A stretch of DNA of 64,000 nt from Candidatus Latescibacterota bacterium (GCA_965206595.1 OZ242214.1:5248001-5312000), one strand, 5' to 3'. Positions 18,981-29,164 are shown, counted from the first letter of the stretch. Program-made: numbers and translations. Notes: a model not told the origin generated them from the letters alone.

Positions 18981-19751
18981 ATGAACCTGTCCTGCTGTGC
19001 CTGGGCATTGTCCGGGAGTCCCTGCGAAGTGTCCGGCCAGGTTGCCGGCCTCGGCTTCGAATCGGTCGACCTGCGGCCCTTCGCCTTTGCGGGAGAGAGG
19101 GGGAGAAAGGAGCTGGCCTCCGCCGGCCTCAAGGTCCGCTGCGTCGCGGCTTCCGCCGCCGTTCACGACGATCTTGCCCTCGAGTCGGACGACGGCGCCG
19201 TCGTGGGCGCTGCGCTGGGCCAGCTCGACATCGCCTTCGAGTACGCCGCCGCCCTCGGCGCCGGCACCGCCTACATCGTCCCCGGTGGGGAAGCGGTGCC
19301 CGACCTCGGGAGGTATGCCGCCGCCCTCGGCGAGGCGGCCGGACTCGCGCAACAGAGCGGCCTGCGGCTGGCGGTGGAGCATTTCCCGGGACGCGCCCTG
19401 CCAACCGTGGCAGGCACCCTCGAACTCCTGGCGGAAATCGACCACCCCAACCTCTACCTGCTGTTCGACCTCGGGCACGCCCAGATGTCCGACGAGGATC
19501 CTGTGGGAGCGATCGAAGGGGCGGAGGCGCGGCTGGGGTACGTCCACCTCGACGACAACAATGGCGTCGACGACTCCCACTTGGCGCTGTTCGACGGTGT
19601 CCTGACCAGGGAAACGCTGCGCCGCACCCTGGCAGCCTTGCCGTCGGTCGGCTACGATGGTCCGGTCAGTCTGGAGCTCAATCCCAAACTCCCGGACCCG
19701 GCCGATGCCCTGAGGAGGAGCCGGGAGGCGGTCGAAGATGCGTTGAGCTGA
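18981..19751 (+). CDS. Sugar phosphate isomerase/epimerase (xylose isomerase-like TIM barrel)
   Basis: LAVEH, FDLGH, YVHLDDN and GYDGPVSLE metal-binding motifs. Confidence 0.88.
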   Translation: MNLSCCAWALSGSPCEVSGQVAGLGFESVDLRPFAFAGERGRKELASAGLKVRCVAASAAVHDDLALESDDGAVVGAALGQLDIAFEYAAALGAGTAYIVPGGEAVPDLGRYAAALGEAAGLAQQSGLRLAVEHFPGRALPTVAGTLELLAEIDHPNLYLLFDLGHAQMSDEDPVGAIEGAEARLGYVHLDDNNGVDDSHLALFDGVLTRETLRRTLAALPSVGYDGPVSLELNPKLPDPADALRRSREAVEDALS

Positions 19752-20017
19752 GGGAAGGTTTTTTGCAGTTCGCGACTCCTGCGATGAAGGGCCAATGCGG
19801 CCGTCGGGGCGCGTACTGTATCGGGGGGAATCGCGGCGTCTCCCAGGGTCTGGCGGCGTCGCAATAGCTGCCGAAAGCCGGGGACCGCGGCGAGGGTGAC
19901 CCGAAACCCTGGCAGGAGCGCTGCAGGAGCCGAAGGTGGCCGTGTCGTGCACATGCGGCCAGGGTTCGTGGAGGGAGCGGGCTTCCTCGGGGACGGCGGC
20001 CTAGTCGCCGGCGCCGC

Positions 20018-20902
20018 TCAGCCGGCATAGAAGTAGGAGGGGACCCCCTCTACGCCGGGCTTCAGCCGGAACAGCGAGCCGGCCAGCGGTTGCCCGGCCA
20101 GGGCTTCCTCGCCCAGGCCCTCGCGCGCGCAGGTGACGTAGAGGTCCTCGAGGTTTTCGCCGCCGAAGGCACAGGAGGTCACGTTGCTGACCGGCAGCCT
20201 GAACTCGCGAATCAGGGCACCGGAAGCAGAATCGTAGCAGCGCACCCCCGACCCCTGGTACACGGCGATCCAGAGGTTGTCATCGGCATCGATCGCCATG
20301 CCGTCGAAGCCGCCTGCGAGCTCGTTGACGACTGCGACGCGCTCGTTGCCGATCTCCCCGCTGTCGATGTCGTAGTCGTAGGCGCGCACGTTGTTGGCCG
20401 CGGTGTCGATGTAGAACATGGTGTCGCAAGCGCCGTTCCAGACGATGCCGTTCGAAATCGTCACCGGCGAAATCTTTTCGGTGAGGGTGCGGTCCGTATC
20501 CAGGCAGTACAAGGCTCCGGCGTTGGGTGTGGCGTCGAAGGCCATGGTGCCTGCCCACAGGCGTCCCCCCGGATCGCACTTGCCGTCGTTGAAGCGGTTG
20601 CCGGGGATGTCCCGTTCCGGATCGACGATCGGGGCGATCTTCCCGGACTCGAGGTCGAGGGTGGCGATACCGTTGTGGAGGGCGACCACGACGCCGGCGC
20701 CGGCATGGGGGACAACGGTCCCGACCGCCTGACAGGTCGGGATAACGCGGTTGGATCCGGTTTCGGGGTCGTAGAGGTATAGCTCGTGGTCGAGGATGCT
20801 CACCCACAGGAGCAGCTTGCGCTGCGGGTCCCAGATAGCCCCCTCTCCGAGGCGGGCGGGCTTCTCGACGACGACTTCGAATTCAGCGTATTCGTTGGCC
20901 AT
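20018..20902 (-). CDS. SMP-30/gluconolactonase (regucalcin-like) protein
   Basis: LGEGAIWD, RFNDGKCDPGGRLWAGTM, SNGI.W, DGMAID and TSCAFGG motifs. Confidence 0.93.
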   Translation of the reverse strand: MANEYAEFEVVVEKPARLGEGAIWDPQRKLLLWVSILDHELYLYDPETGSNRVIPTCQAVGTVVPHAGAGVVVALHNGIATLDLESGKIAPIVDPERDIPGNRFNDGKCDPGGRLWAGTMAFDATPNAGALYCLDTDRTLTEKISPVTISNGIVWNGACDTMFYIDTAANNVRAYDYDIDSGEIGNERVAVVNELAGGFDGMAIDADDNLWIAVYQGSGVRCYDSASGALIREFRLPVSNVTSCAFGGENLEDLYVTCAREGLGEEALAGQPLAGSLFRLKPGVEGVPSYFYAG

Positions 20903-21113
20903 GAACAGTTCCCGTAATTAATGGGTGAAAACAGAAGAATACGGGACGGCGGCCTGGTTTGCCATCCTCTCGGAGGGGGACATACACTTCTGCGCGTGTT
21001 CGGCAACCGCGCCGGCCGCAAGGATCCGGGCACTTTCCGGGCAGAGCGCACCGCGCGTTGCTGGACGATCTGCACGCCGTTGGCCGGTGCCCCTGGTCGG
21101 AGACACAGAAGCC

Positions 21114-21731
21114 ATGAAAACCCATCTGCCACAGGCACCCCTGGCCGGCCGCAGCCACTGGGTGTTCGACATGGACGGCACCCTGACCGTGGCGGCCCAC
21201 GATTTCGACGCCATCCGCAGCGAGCTCGGAATGCAGCCGGAAAAGCCCCTCCTGGAGACCCTGGCAACCCTGCCGGCCGATGAAGCCGAAAGGGCCAACC
21301 ACCGGCTCGCTGAAATCGAGCTCGAAATCGCGGCCGACGCCGTCGCCCAGGAAGGGGCGGCCGAGCTTCTCGCTCACCTGCTCGATGGCGGGCGAAACAT
21401 CGGCATCCTGACGCGCAATACCGGCCCGGCCGCCAGGGAGACGCTCGCCGCGGCCGGCCTGATGCGGTATTTCGAGGACGGCGCCATCGTCGCGCGCGAA
21501 ACCTGCGCACCGAAACCGAGCCCCGCCGGTGTGCACCACCTGCTGGGGCACTGGCGGGCACCGGCCGCTGCCGCCGTCGTTGTCGGGGATTACCTGTACG
21601 ATTTGCAGGCGGGGCGGGCAGCGGAGGTAACGACCGTCCACCTCGACGTCACCGGACTGTTTCCCTGGCCGCAGTTCGCCGACTACGCGGTCAACCACCT
21701 CCGGCAGTTGCTCGTCCTGGCGGGCGGGTAA
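21114..21731 (+). CDS. HAD-superfamily hydrolase
   Basis: FDMDGTL, LTRN, KP.P and VGDYLYD motifs. Confidence 0.9.
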   Translation: MKTHLPQAPLAGRSHWVFDMDGTLTVAAHDFDAIRSELGMQPEKPLLETLATLPADEAERANHRLAEIELEIAADAVAQEGAAELLAHLLDGGRNIGILTRNTGPAARETLAAAGLMRYFEDGAIVARETCAPKPSPAGVHHLLGHWRAPAAAAVVVGDYLYDLQAGRAAEVTTVHLDVTGLFPWPQFADYAVNHLRQLLVLAGG

Positions 21732-21754
21732 GTCGGGCCCCATACCGAGTTTTC

Positions 21755-22084
21755 GTGCCGTATGATGAATCCCTGGGACAACGCGTTCGCGACCTGCTGG
21801 CCCCCCAAAAGGGATTGTCGGAGCGCAAGATGTTCGGCGGACTCTGCTTCATGCTGAACGGCAACATGTGCTGCGGAGTGATTGCCGGCGACCTGATGTT
21901 GCGCGTCGGGCCGTACCAGTACGCCGGGTGTCTGGAGCACCCGCACGCGCGGGAGATGGATTTCACCGGCAAAGCACTGAAGGGGTTCGTCTATGTCGGG
22001 CCCCAAGGCCAGGAATTGGACGCCGAGTTGGCCGGGTGGGTGCAGTTGGCGGTCGACTTCGCGCTTGGCTTGCCGGCCAGGTAG
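21755..22084 (+). CDS. TfoX/Sxy N-terminal domain protein
   Basis: YDESL..RVR...ERKMFGGLCFMLNGNMCCGV...MDFTGK...GFVYV. Confidence 0.88.
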   Translation: MPYDESLGQRVRDLLAPQKGLSERKMFGGLCFMLNGNMCCGVIAGDLMLRVGPYQYAGCLEHPHAREMDFTGKALKGFVYVGPQGQELDAELAGWVQLAVDFALGLPAR

Positions 22085-22090
22085 GTGGAA

Positions 22091-23080
22091 TCAGCCCCAA
22101 AGCTTCGGGGCGGGCGGGTACAGCAGAGAGCCTTCGTAACGCAACCCCGGGGTGCGGTCTTTTTGCAGCAGCAGCGGGCCGTCGAGGTCTACGAAGTCGG
22201 CGTCCCGGGCGAGCAGCGCGGCCGGTGCCATCGCCAGGGATGTGCCCACCATGCATCCGACCATCACCCCGAGGGAAGCGGCGCGGGCGGCGGCAACGAC
22301 GGCGAGGGCTTCGGTCAGGCCGCCGGTCTTGTCGAGCTTGACGTTGACGAAATCGTAGCGGCCGGCAAGACGCTCGACGTCGGCGCGGGTGTGGCAGGAC
22401 TCGTCCGCACACAACGGCACCGGGTGCTCGAGTCGCTCCAGGACGGCATCCCCGGAGGCCTGCAACGGCTGTTCGATGAGGGCAACATCGAGATTGGCCA
22501 ACTGGCTGCCGCAGCCTTCCAGTTCCGCGGCGGACCACCCTTCATTGGCGTCGACGATGAGCTGCGGTTTCGGGGCATTCTCGCGGATGGCGGCGATGCG
22601 CTCGATATCGCCTTCTCCTCCGAGCTTGATCTTGAGCAGGGGACGCTCCTTCTGGGCTGCTGCCGCCCGTCCCATCGCCTCGGGAGTGTCGAGGCTCAGG
22701 GTGTAGGCGGTGGCCACCGGAACCGGAGGCGGCAGACCGGCGAGTTCGTACACGCGCCTGCCCAGCCGGCGGGCATCAAGGTCCCAGAAGGCGCAGTCCA
22801 GGGCATTGCGCGCCGCCCCCGCGGGCAGGGCGCGCTGCAGTTCATCGCGGCCCAGGCCGCCGGAGGTCAGCTCGGGGCGAAGCGCCTCGACCGCGGCGGC
22901 CACCCCCTCGAGCGACTCGCCGTAACGCGCGTAAGGGACGCATTCCCCGCGGCCGGTGGCGCCTCCATCGGCCAAGTCGACAACCACGACATCGGCAGAG
23001 GTCTTGGCCCCCCGGGAGATTGCGAAGTTGCCGGCAATCGGCCAGCTCTCGGTGCGGACGCGCAGTTTGAGGGATGCCAC
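22091..23080 (-). CDS. dgcA: N-acetyl-D-Glu racemase / L-Ala-D/L-Glu epimerase (enolase superfamily)
   Basis: GECVPYARYGE, KIKLG, VDANEGW, IEQP, ADES, NVKLDKTGGLTEA, GCM and DLDG motifs. Lies directly downstream of a DUF1611 gene. Confidence 0.88.
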   Translation of the reverse strand: MASLKLRVRTESWPIAGNFAISRGAKTSADVVVVDLADGGATGRGECVPYARYGESLEGVAAAVEALRPELTSGGLGRDELQRALPAGAARNALDCAFWDLDARRLGRRVYELAGLPPPVPVATAYTLSLDTPEAMGRAAAAQKERPLLKIKLGGEGDIERIAAIRENAPKPQLIVDANEGWSAAELEGCGSQLANLDVALIEQPLQASGDAVLERLEHPVPLCADESCHTRADVERLAGRYDFVNVKLDKTGGLTEALAVVAAARAASLGVMVGCMVGTSLAMAPAALLARDADFVDLDGPLLLQKDRTPGLRYEGSLLYPPAPKLWG

Positions 23081-23088
23081 GCCGGCAG

Positions 23089-24090
23089 CTACTGAAGCGC
23101 GTCGACCAGCCGGCCTGCCCCGTGGCGGCAGGCGTCGACGGCCGGCAACCCGGTTCCCCCTTCGATCGCTGCCAACAGCGACTCTGCGTCCCCGTCCTCC
23201 AGCTTCGACGTGTTGATGGAAACGCCGGCTACGCGGCAGTCCGGATTGGTGAGGCGGGCGGTGCGTTCGTTGAGGTCGATGCAGGCCGCCAGGGAGGGGA
23301 GCGGGTAGTCGGGCAGACCGCGCATGTGTTCGCGGCCCGGGTCGTGGCAGAGCACCAGCCGGTCCGGCTGCGAGCCGTGGATGAGCCCGAGGGTAACGCC
23401 GGCGTACGAGGCGTGAAACAGCGATCCCTGCCCCTCGACGAGGTCCCAGTGATCCGGATCGGCGTTGGGGCTCAGCTCTTCCGCGGCTCCGGAGATGAAG
23501 TCGGCGACCACCGCGTCCACCGAGATGCCGCTTCCGGCGATGAAGATCCCCGTCTGGCCGGTGGCGCGGAAGTCGGCGGAGATGCCGCGCGCCCGCATCT
23601 CCTTCTCGATCGCCAAAGCGGTGAACATCTTGCCGCAGGAGACGTCGGTGCCGACCGTGAGCAGCCGTTTGCCGGTGCGCCGGACCCCGCTGCCTACCGG
23701 GAGATCGATCTCGGGATAGCGCACGTCGACGAGATCGAGGCCCGCGGCTGCGGCCGTTTCGGCGAGTGCGGGGATTTCCCCGAGCCTGGTGTGGAGACCG
23801 CTGGCGATGTCGTATCCCAAGTCGAGGGCCGCGGACAGCGAGGCCATCCACTCGTCGGAAATGACGCCGCCGCGATTGGCGACGCCGACGATCAGGGTGC
23901 GGGCACCGGCGGCGCGTCCTTCTTCCAGGGTGAGGTCCGGCAGGCCGAGGTCGGCGCGGCAGCCGTCGAGCCGCAGCTGGCCGACGCACCAGCCGGGCCG
24001 CCAGTAGGCTATGCCCCCGGCGGTCTTGGCGGCCAGCTGGTCGGCGGCGTCTCCGAGAAACAGCAGGTAGGGTTTTTTAAGGGGCTGCAC
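23089..24090 (-). CDS. dgcN: DUF1611 protein, D-glutamate N-acetyltransferase
   Basis: PYLLFLGDA...AAKTA.GI..WRP, TVGTD.SCGKM, ATGQTG and EGQGSLFH motifs. Confidence 0.88.
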   Translation of the reverse strand: MQPLKKPYLLFLGDAADQLAAKTAGGIAYWRPGWCVGQLRLDGCRADLGLPDLTLEEGRAAGARTLIVGVANRGGVISDEWMASLSAALDLGYDIASGLHTRLGEIPALAETAAAAGLDLVDVRYPEIDLPVGSGVRRTGKRLLTVGTDVSCGKMFTALAIEKEMRARGISADFRATGQTGIFIAGSGISVDAVVADFISGAAEELSPNADPDHWDLVEGQGSLFHASYAGVTLGLIHGSQPDRLVLCHDPGREHMRGLPDYPLPSLAACIDLNERTARLTNPDCRVAGVSINTSKLEDGDAESLLAAIEGGTGLPAVDACRHGAGRLVDALQ

Positions 24091-24322
24091 CGGTCGGACA
24101 GGGGAGTTTGGTGGGCGGAAATCGAGGCACCAACCTACCGGCGACGCCGGCCGCGGTCAAGGCGGAGGAAAGCGGAAGCACAAGCGCCGGAAGGGGATGC
24201 GTCACCCGGGCGCGGAACCGGCCCGCTGCCGTACTGTATATTCACCGGTGCGGATCCCGGCTCTTGATAACAGACTCTTCGCCGGGACTCCGGCGGCCAA
24301 CTGAAGGGAAAGCGGACGACTC

Positions 24323-24742
24323 GTGGAAACCCTGGTCATATGTCCCGAATGCGGCAAAAGGGTCTCCCTGCGGGGACTGAACGGGCATCTGCGCTTCGAG
24401 CACGACTACGGCCTTCAGAAAGCCAGGAAGATGGCCGCGGCAATCGACGTCGACCCCACCCTGAATCGTCTCGAGCAGGAGGTGATGCAGCACGTCGCTC
24501 TCCTGTACCAGCTAAAAAAGGAAGCAGAGGAGCTGAAGCAGGCGCACCGGGAAGGGGTCATCGGAGAGGCCCTGTACGAACGCATGATCACCCACAAGGG
24601 CCAGGAACTCACTGCGGCGACCCGGTACCTGCAGCGGCTGGAGAGCAGCTGGTTGGAGCGCATGGGGGAGCGCACCGGTATTTCCGACCTTGGCGAGAAG
24701 CTGGAAATCGTGGGTCCCGCCGGCGCTTCGAACCCGGGCTGA
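24323..24742 (+). CDS. Hypothetical protein with an N-terminal C2H2-like zinc finger and coiled coil
   Basis: CPECGKRVSLRGLNGHLRFEH followed by helical heptads. Confidence 0.65.
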   Translation: METLVICPECGKRVSLRGLNGHLRFEHDYGLQKARKMAAAIDVDPTLNRLEQEVMQHVALLYQLKKEAEELKQAHREGVIGEALYERMITHKGQELTAATRYLQRLESSWLERMGERTGISDLGEKLEIVGPAGASNPG

Positions 24743-24744
24743 TC

Positions 24745-25124
24745 CTGTTTCCGGATTCGGACGGCACCGCCTGCGTTTGGCGGGAAGGGATCTGGCGGCC
24801 AGTGGCGGGCCTGTCTTCCGCAGGCCGTGGTTCACACCGGGCGCCGACGGCCGCATGGAAGCGCGCGGCGGGGGTTCGTACGTCGCGGTCGTGGAATTCG
24901 GGGAGCCGATGCGGGCCCGGGTGTTGCTGGGGTACGGCAAAGCCAGCCAGCCGCACCCCCCTCACCGGGGCGATCAGCTCGAGCTGATGGCGCGGCAGGA
25001 GCTGCGGCCGGTGTGGCGCATCCGGGAGGAGGTGGAGGCGCACCTGGAGCGGCGGGAGATGGTGGAGTGGGATGGGGAAAGTGAACGCGGCGAGAGCGCC
25101 CTCGCCGTTGCCCGTGACAGGTAA
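24745..25124 (+). pseudogene. C-terminal fragment of a penicillin/AHL acylase (Ntn hydrolase, S45)
   Basis: GGSYVAVVEFGEPMRARVLLGYG.ASQP..PHRGDQLEL.ARQELRPVWR.REEVEAHLE resembles the acylase beta-chain C-terminus. The rest of the gene is missing. Confidence 0.65.
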
Positions 25125-25176
25125 ATTCCGCTTCTTGAAACGGTTCGCGAGGAACGGAACAGGCCCCCTTCCCCCC

Positions 25177-25737
25177 ATGATCGCCAAAACCCGCAAAGTA
25201 CCCCGGAAAAAGAACGCCACGCCGATCGAGATCGGCGCCCTGCTGATGGAGACCGTGTGCGTTTCCGGGGTCTCCGAGCAGCCGGCCCTCGAGGAGCTGG
25301 CCGAGTACCTCGGCACGCCGCTGGGGCGGATGCAGTCCGAGTTGCTGTTTCTGCGCGCCTTCGCCGTCGATTTCGCCCTCAACATGTCGCTTGGAGACGG
25401 TCCGGCGCGCTGGGCGATAGCGGAGCAGTACTACCGGCATTGGGAGACGGTGGCGGAGGGCGCCGGGGAGGATACGATCGACGGCCTGGAAGAGCATCTC
25501 ACTTTTTACACTGAAGTAGTCAACGCCTCCCACATCGGGGCCGCCGGCTTGACGGAGCAGGTCGGCATGGCCTTCGCCTCGCGCTGCCTGTCTGCCGACG
25601 CGGGCGGGGAGGACGGAGACTCCCAATCCGGAAACACCGTCGATCTGGCGATGCTCGGCGGCTCGATGTTCGTCGCCCTGTTCGACGAGGTCTCCGACAT
25701 GCTCACCCAGGTCGAAATCGTTCTTATCGATCCATGA
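25177..25737 (+). CDS. Hypothetical helical protein
   Basis: ORF with host-like codon usage directly upstream of cfa. Start codon uncertain. Confidence 0.6.
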   Translation: MIAKTRKVPRKKNATPIEIGALLMETVCVSGVSEQPALEELAEYLGTPLGRMQSELLFLRAFAVDFALNMSLGDGPARWAIAEQYYRHWETVAEGAGEDTIDGLEEHLTFYTEVVNASHIGAAGLTEQVGMAFASRCLSADAGGEDGDSQSGNTVDLAMLGGSMFVALFDEVSDMLTQVEIVLIDP

Positions 25738-25756
25738 GAAAGGAGGATGGGCAGTC

Positions 25757-27058
25757 ATGACTGTCGCCGCCGCTTATTCTGCGGTCGAGACAACGCTTGG
25801 CCTGATCGAGCAGGTCTTCGGCGGACTCGACCAGCGCAGCATCGCCATGCGGCTCTGGGACGGCACCACCTGGGAGCCGGCCCCGGGTACGGAGGCGAAA
25901 TGCACCGTCGTCCTGCAGCACCCGGGAGCCCTGCGAAGGATGCTCCTCGCTCCGACCGAGCTTAACCTTGCGGAGTGCTACCTTCACGACGACTACGATA
26001 TCGAGGGAGACTTCGAAGTCCTCATGCCGGTCGCCGAACAGCTGGTCGCGCAGCCCCGCAGCTTCTGGGACAAGCTTCGAATCGGGCGCCAGCTGCTTAG
26101 TCTGCCTGCCTGCCGCGGGCGTTCGCAGAACGGCTTGGGGAGGGCGCGGCTGTCCGGCTCGGAGCATTCCATGGACCGCGACAGCGCCGCGGTCACTCAC
26201 CACTACAACGTTTCCAACGCCTTCTATTCTCTCTGGCTCGACCGCAACATGGTCTATTCCTGCGCGCTGTTCGGGTCCGCGGACGAATCGCTGGACGCCG
26301 CCCAGGAGCGCAAGCTCGACTACATCTGCCGCAAGCTGCGGCTGCAGCCGGGAGAGCGTTTTCTCGACATCGGCTGCGGCTGGGGCGGCCTGATCACGCA
26401 CGCCGCCCGCGAGTACGGGGTCCAGGCCCTTGGCATCACCCTCAGCCAGCCGCAGGCCGATGTCGCCAACGAGCGCATTCGCGAAGCGGGACTGCAGGAT
26501 CGCTGCCGCGCCGAGGTGGTCGATTACCGGGAGCTTAAGAAGTCGGAGTTCGACAAGCTCGCCAGCATCGGCATGGTTGAGCACGTCGGCGAAGAACGGC
26601 TGCACGAGTACTTCGGCGCCGCCTTCGGGTTGCTGAAGCCGGGCGGGGTGTTCCTCAACCACGGGATCGGTGACCTGTCGGGCCGCCCGCGCAGCCGCAA
26701 ACCCGGGTTCGTGCGCACCTACGTCTTCCCCGACAGCGCCCTGCCCTCGATCGCGTCGGTTGTCAGGGCAGCGGAGGACAACCGCTTCGAGCCGCGCGAC
26801 GTCGAGAGCCTGCGCGAGCATTACGCCCTGACCCTGAGGCACTGGGTGCGGCGCCTCGAGGCGCGGCAGGAGGAGGCGGAGAAAGAGGTGGGAGAGACGA
26901 CCTACCGGGTGTGGCGGCTCTACATGGGGGGCTGTGCCCACTGGTTCGCCGCCGGCTACATCGGGGTGTATCAGACCTTGCTGGTCAAGCGCCGCGAGGG
27001 CCGCAGCGGCTTTCCCCTGCTGCGCAACGACTGGTACGAACCAAGGTCCGATTCATAG
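25757..27058 (+). CDS. cfa: Cyclopropane-fatty-acyl-phospholipid synthase family SAM methyltransferase
   Basis: HHYNVSN.FY.LWLD..MVYSCA, LDIGCGWGG, SIGMVEHVG, HYALTL..W and RVWRLYM motifs. RBS AGGAGG. Confidence 0.93.
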   Translation: MTVAAAYSAVETTLGLIEQVFGGLDQRSIAMRLWDGTTWEPAPGTEAKCTVVLQHPGALRRMLLAPTELNLAECYLHDDYDIEGDFEVLMPVAEQLVAQPRSFWDKLRIGRQLLSLPACRGRSQNGLGRARLSGSEHSMDRDSAAVTHHYNVSNAFYSLWLDRNMVYSCALFGSADESLDAAQERKLDYICRKLRLQPGERFLDIGCGWGGLITHAAREYGVQALGITLSQPQADVANERIREAGLQDRCRAEVVDYRELKKSEFDKLASIGMVEHVGEERLHEYFGAAFGLLKPGGVFLNHGIGDLSGRPRSRKPGFVRTYVFPDSALPSIASVVRAAEDNRFEPRDVESLREHYALTLRHWVRRLEARQEEAEKEVGETTYRVWRLYMGGCAHWFAAGYIGVYQTLLVKRREGRSGFPLLRNDWYEPRSDS

Positions 27059-27316
27059 CTCCCCGGCCTTTCTCTGAAGTGGACACACCAACCAGCCGGC
27101 CCTCGAACCCCTCATTGCGGCCCTCGGTCCCCAGCTCAGCCCCGCCGACCTGGGGGAGGTGCGCCGCATCACCGCAGAGCTCCAGCAGCGCATCGAGCGT
27201 TTCCGGCGTCCTTGGAAGTAGGTCCCCGTCTCTGCCCCTCGAAGGCCCGCTCCGGTCAGCCACTCCCCTGGAATCTCGAACGGCGGATGCGGTCCGGAGG
27301 CAGGTGAGTTGATACG

Positions 27317-27970
27317 ATGCACATAGAAAACCACCGGCTCCGGGGTGACGGAGTGGAGTTCACCGAATCGCCGAACATCGGCGACCCCTTCGCGCCGGGC
27401 TACCCCGACACCATCGTCATACACTACACCGCCTGCCCCGACGCGTGTGCCGCCATCGCGACCCTGACCGATCCGGAGCGGCAGGTCTCCGCCCACCTCG
27501 TGGTCGCTCGGGACGGGGCCGTCGCGCAGCTGGTTCCGTTCGATACGGTCGCCTGGCACGCCGGGGTCAGCGCGTGGAGAGGGCGGACCTCCCTCAACCG
27601 GTTTTCGCTCGGAATCGAGGTCGACAACGCCGGGCGTCTCGAAGCGAGGGACGGCATGTATCTCACCAGGTTCGGAGGCAGCTGTCCTGCCGCGGAGACG
27701 GTGCGCGCCGTGCACCGCAACGAAACCGAGGCGGGGTACTGGCACGCCTATCCCGACCGGCAGCTCGACGTCGTCGAACAGCTTTGCCGTTTGCTGATAG
27801 CGGAGTACGGAATCGTCGAAATCGTCGGCCACGAGGAGATCGCGCCGGACCGCAAAATCGATCCGGGCCCCGCCTTTCCCCTCGACGAGATGAGGTGGCG
27901 GCTTCTGGGCGGGACTGGGCCCGATGGACTGGCGAATCGCAGCGGAGCGGCTTCTCGTGCGGCCTCGTAA
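27317..27970 (+). CDS. N-acetylmuramoyl-L-alanine amidase (Amidase_2, AmpD-like)
   Basis: IVIHYT, SAHLVV, AWHAG.S.W, SLGIE and GHEEIAPDRKIDPG motifs. Confidence 0.92.
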   Translation: MHIENHRLRGDGVEFTESPNIGDPFAPGYPDTIVIHYTACPDACAAIATLTDPERQVSAHLVVARDGAVAQLVPFDTVAWHAGVSAWRGRTSLNRFSLGIEVDNAGRLEARDGMYLTRFGGSCPAAETVRAVHRNETEAGYWHAYPDRQLDVVEQLCRLLIAEYGIVEIVGHEEIAPDRKIDPGPAFPLDEMRWRLLGGTGPDGLANRSGAASRAAS

Positions 27971-28015
27971 CCACGGAAAGCCGCAAGGAAAATCACAGAA
28001 AAGAGAGGCAGACGG

Positions 28016-29164
28016 ATGAAGATCACCGCGATCAAGCCGGTCCTCGTCAGCGAAGGGGGGCACAACTACTCCTTCGTCAAGGTGGAAACCGACGAGGGCA
28101 TCTACGGTCTCGGCGAGGCCGGCGTCGGCCGCCGCGTCACCGCCGTGGCCGCGGTGTGGAAGTCGTTCGAGCGCGACCTCGCCGGAGCCGATCCGTTCCG
28201 CATCGAGCACCTCTGGCAGGTGATGTTTCGCGGCGGCTTCTTCCCGGGAGGGGTGGTGCAGACCGCGGCCCTGAGCGCCGTCGACATCGCCCTCTGGGAC
28301 ATCAAGGCGAAGGCGCTGAACGTCCCTGTCTACGAGCTGCTCGGGGGCCGCGTCAGGGACAAGGTGGCCTGCTATCCCCACGTAGTCGGAGCCGACACCG
28401 ACAGCCTCGTGGCCGGCTGCCGGGCGCGTGCCGAAGCGGGGTGGAAGTTCGTGCGCTTCTCCGTCGACGATGTCGAGGGAAGAGAGCGGCTGTTCGAGCC
28501 GGGGCGCGCGCTGCGCCGGACCGTCGAAGGGGTGCGCGCCGTCCGCGAGGAGCTGGGAGAGGAGATCGAGATCTGCGTCGACGTACACACCCGCCTCGAC
28601 CCGCCGGACGCCATCCACTTCTGCCGCCAGGTAGAGCCCTACCGCCCCTTCTTCATCGAGGATCCGCTGCGCAGCGAGAATGCCGCCAGCCTGCGCATGG
28701 TGCGCCAGCAGACCAGCGTGCCTCTGGCGATCGGCGAGCAGTTCGCCAGCAAGTGGCAGTTCCGCGAGGTCCTGGAGGAGGACCTGCTCGACTACTGCCG
28801 CCTCGACCTGTGCATCGTCGGCGGTCTCACGGAAGGCAGGAAGATCGCCGGCTGGTGCGAGACTCATTACGTCGCCCTGGCGCCGCACAATCCCCTCGGC
28901 CCGGTCTGTACCGCGGCCAGCCTGCACTTCTGCCTCGCCTCGTCGCTGGTCGGGGTGCAGGAGCTGTCGCGCGAGCCGGGGACCGTCCTCAAGGAGGTGT
29001 TCCCCGTCCAGGCCGGCTTCGCAGACGGCCACCTGCTGGTGCCCGAAGGGCCGGGGCTCGGGGTGGAAATCGACGACGCAGCCGCGGCCGCAAATCCCCA
29101 CGTCGAGGACGACGGCCGGGGCTGGGGGTACCGCCGCGTGGACGGCTCCTATTCCAACTGGTAG
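28016..29164 (+). CDS. Mandelate racemase / galactonate dehydratase-like enolase-superfamily enzyme
   Basis: VETDEGIYGLGE, ALWDIKAK, VDVH, FIEDP, GEQ, HNP and PGLG motifs. Confidence 0.9.
   Translation: MKITAIKPVLVSEGGHNYSFVKVETDEGIYGLGEAGVGRRVTAVAAVWKSFERDLAGADPFRIEHLWQVMFRGGFFPGGVVQTAALSAVDIALWDIKAKALNVPVYELLGGRVRDKVACYPHVVGADTDSLVAGCRARAEAGWKFVRFSVDDVEGRERLFEPGRALRRTVEGVRAVREELGEEIEICVDVHTRLDPPDAIHFCRQVEPYRPFFIEDPLRSENAASLRMVRQQTSVPLAIGEQFASKWQFREVLEEDLLDYCRLDLCIVGGLTEGRKIAGWCETHYVALAPHNPLGPVCTAASLHFCLASSLVGVQELSREPGTVLKEVFPVQAGFADGHLLVPEGPGLGVEIDDAAAAANPHVEDDGRGWGYRRVDGSYSNW

Noticed and set aside
19752-20017. Possible structured ncRNA in this intergenic gap (also 18720-18980, 27060-27310, 62460-62670)
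   Set aside because: Only short GC-rich hairpins and no recognisable family motif. An Infernal/Rfam scan would be needed.
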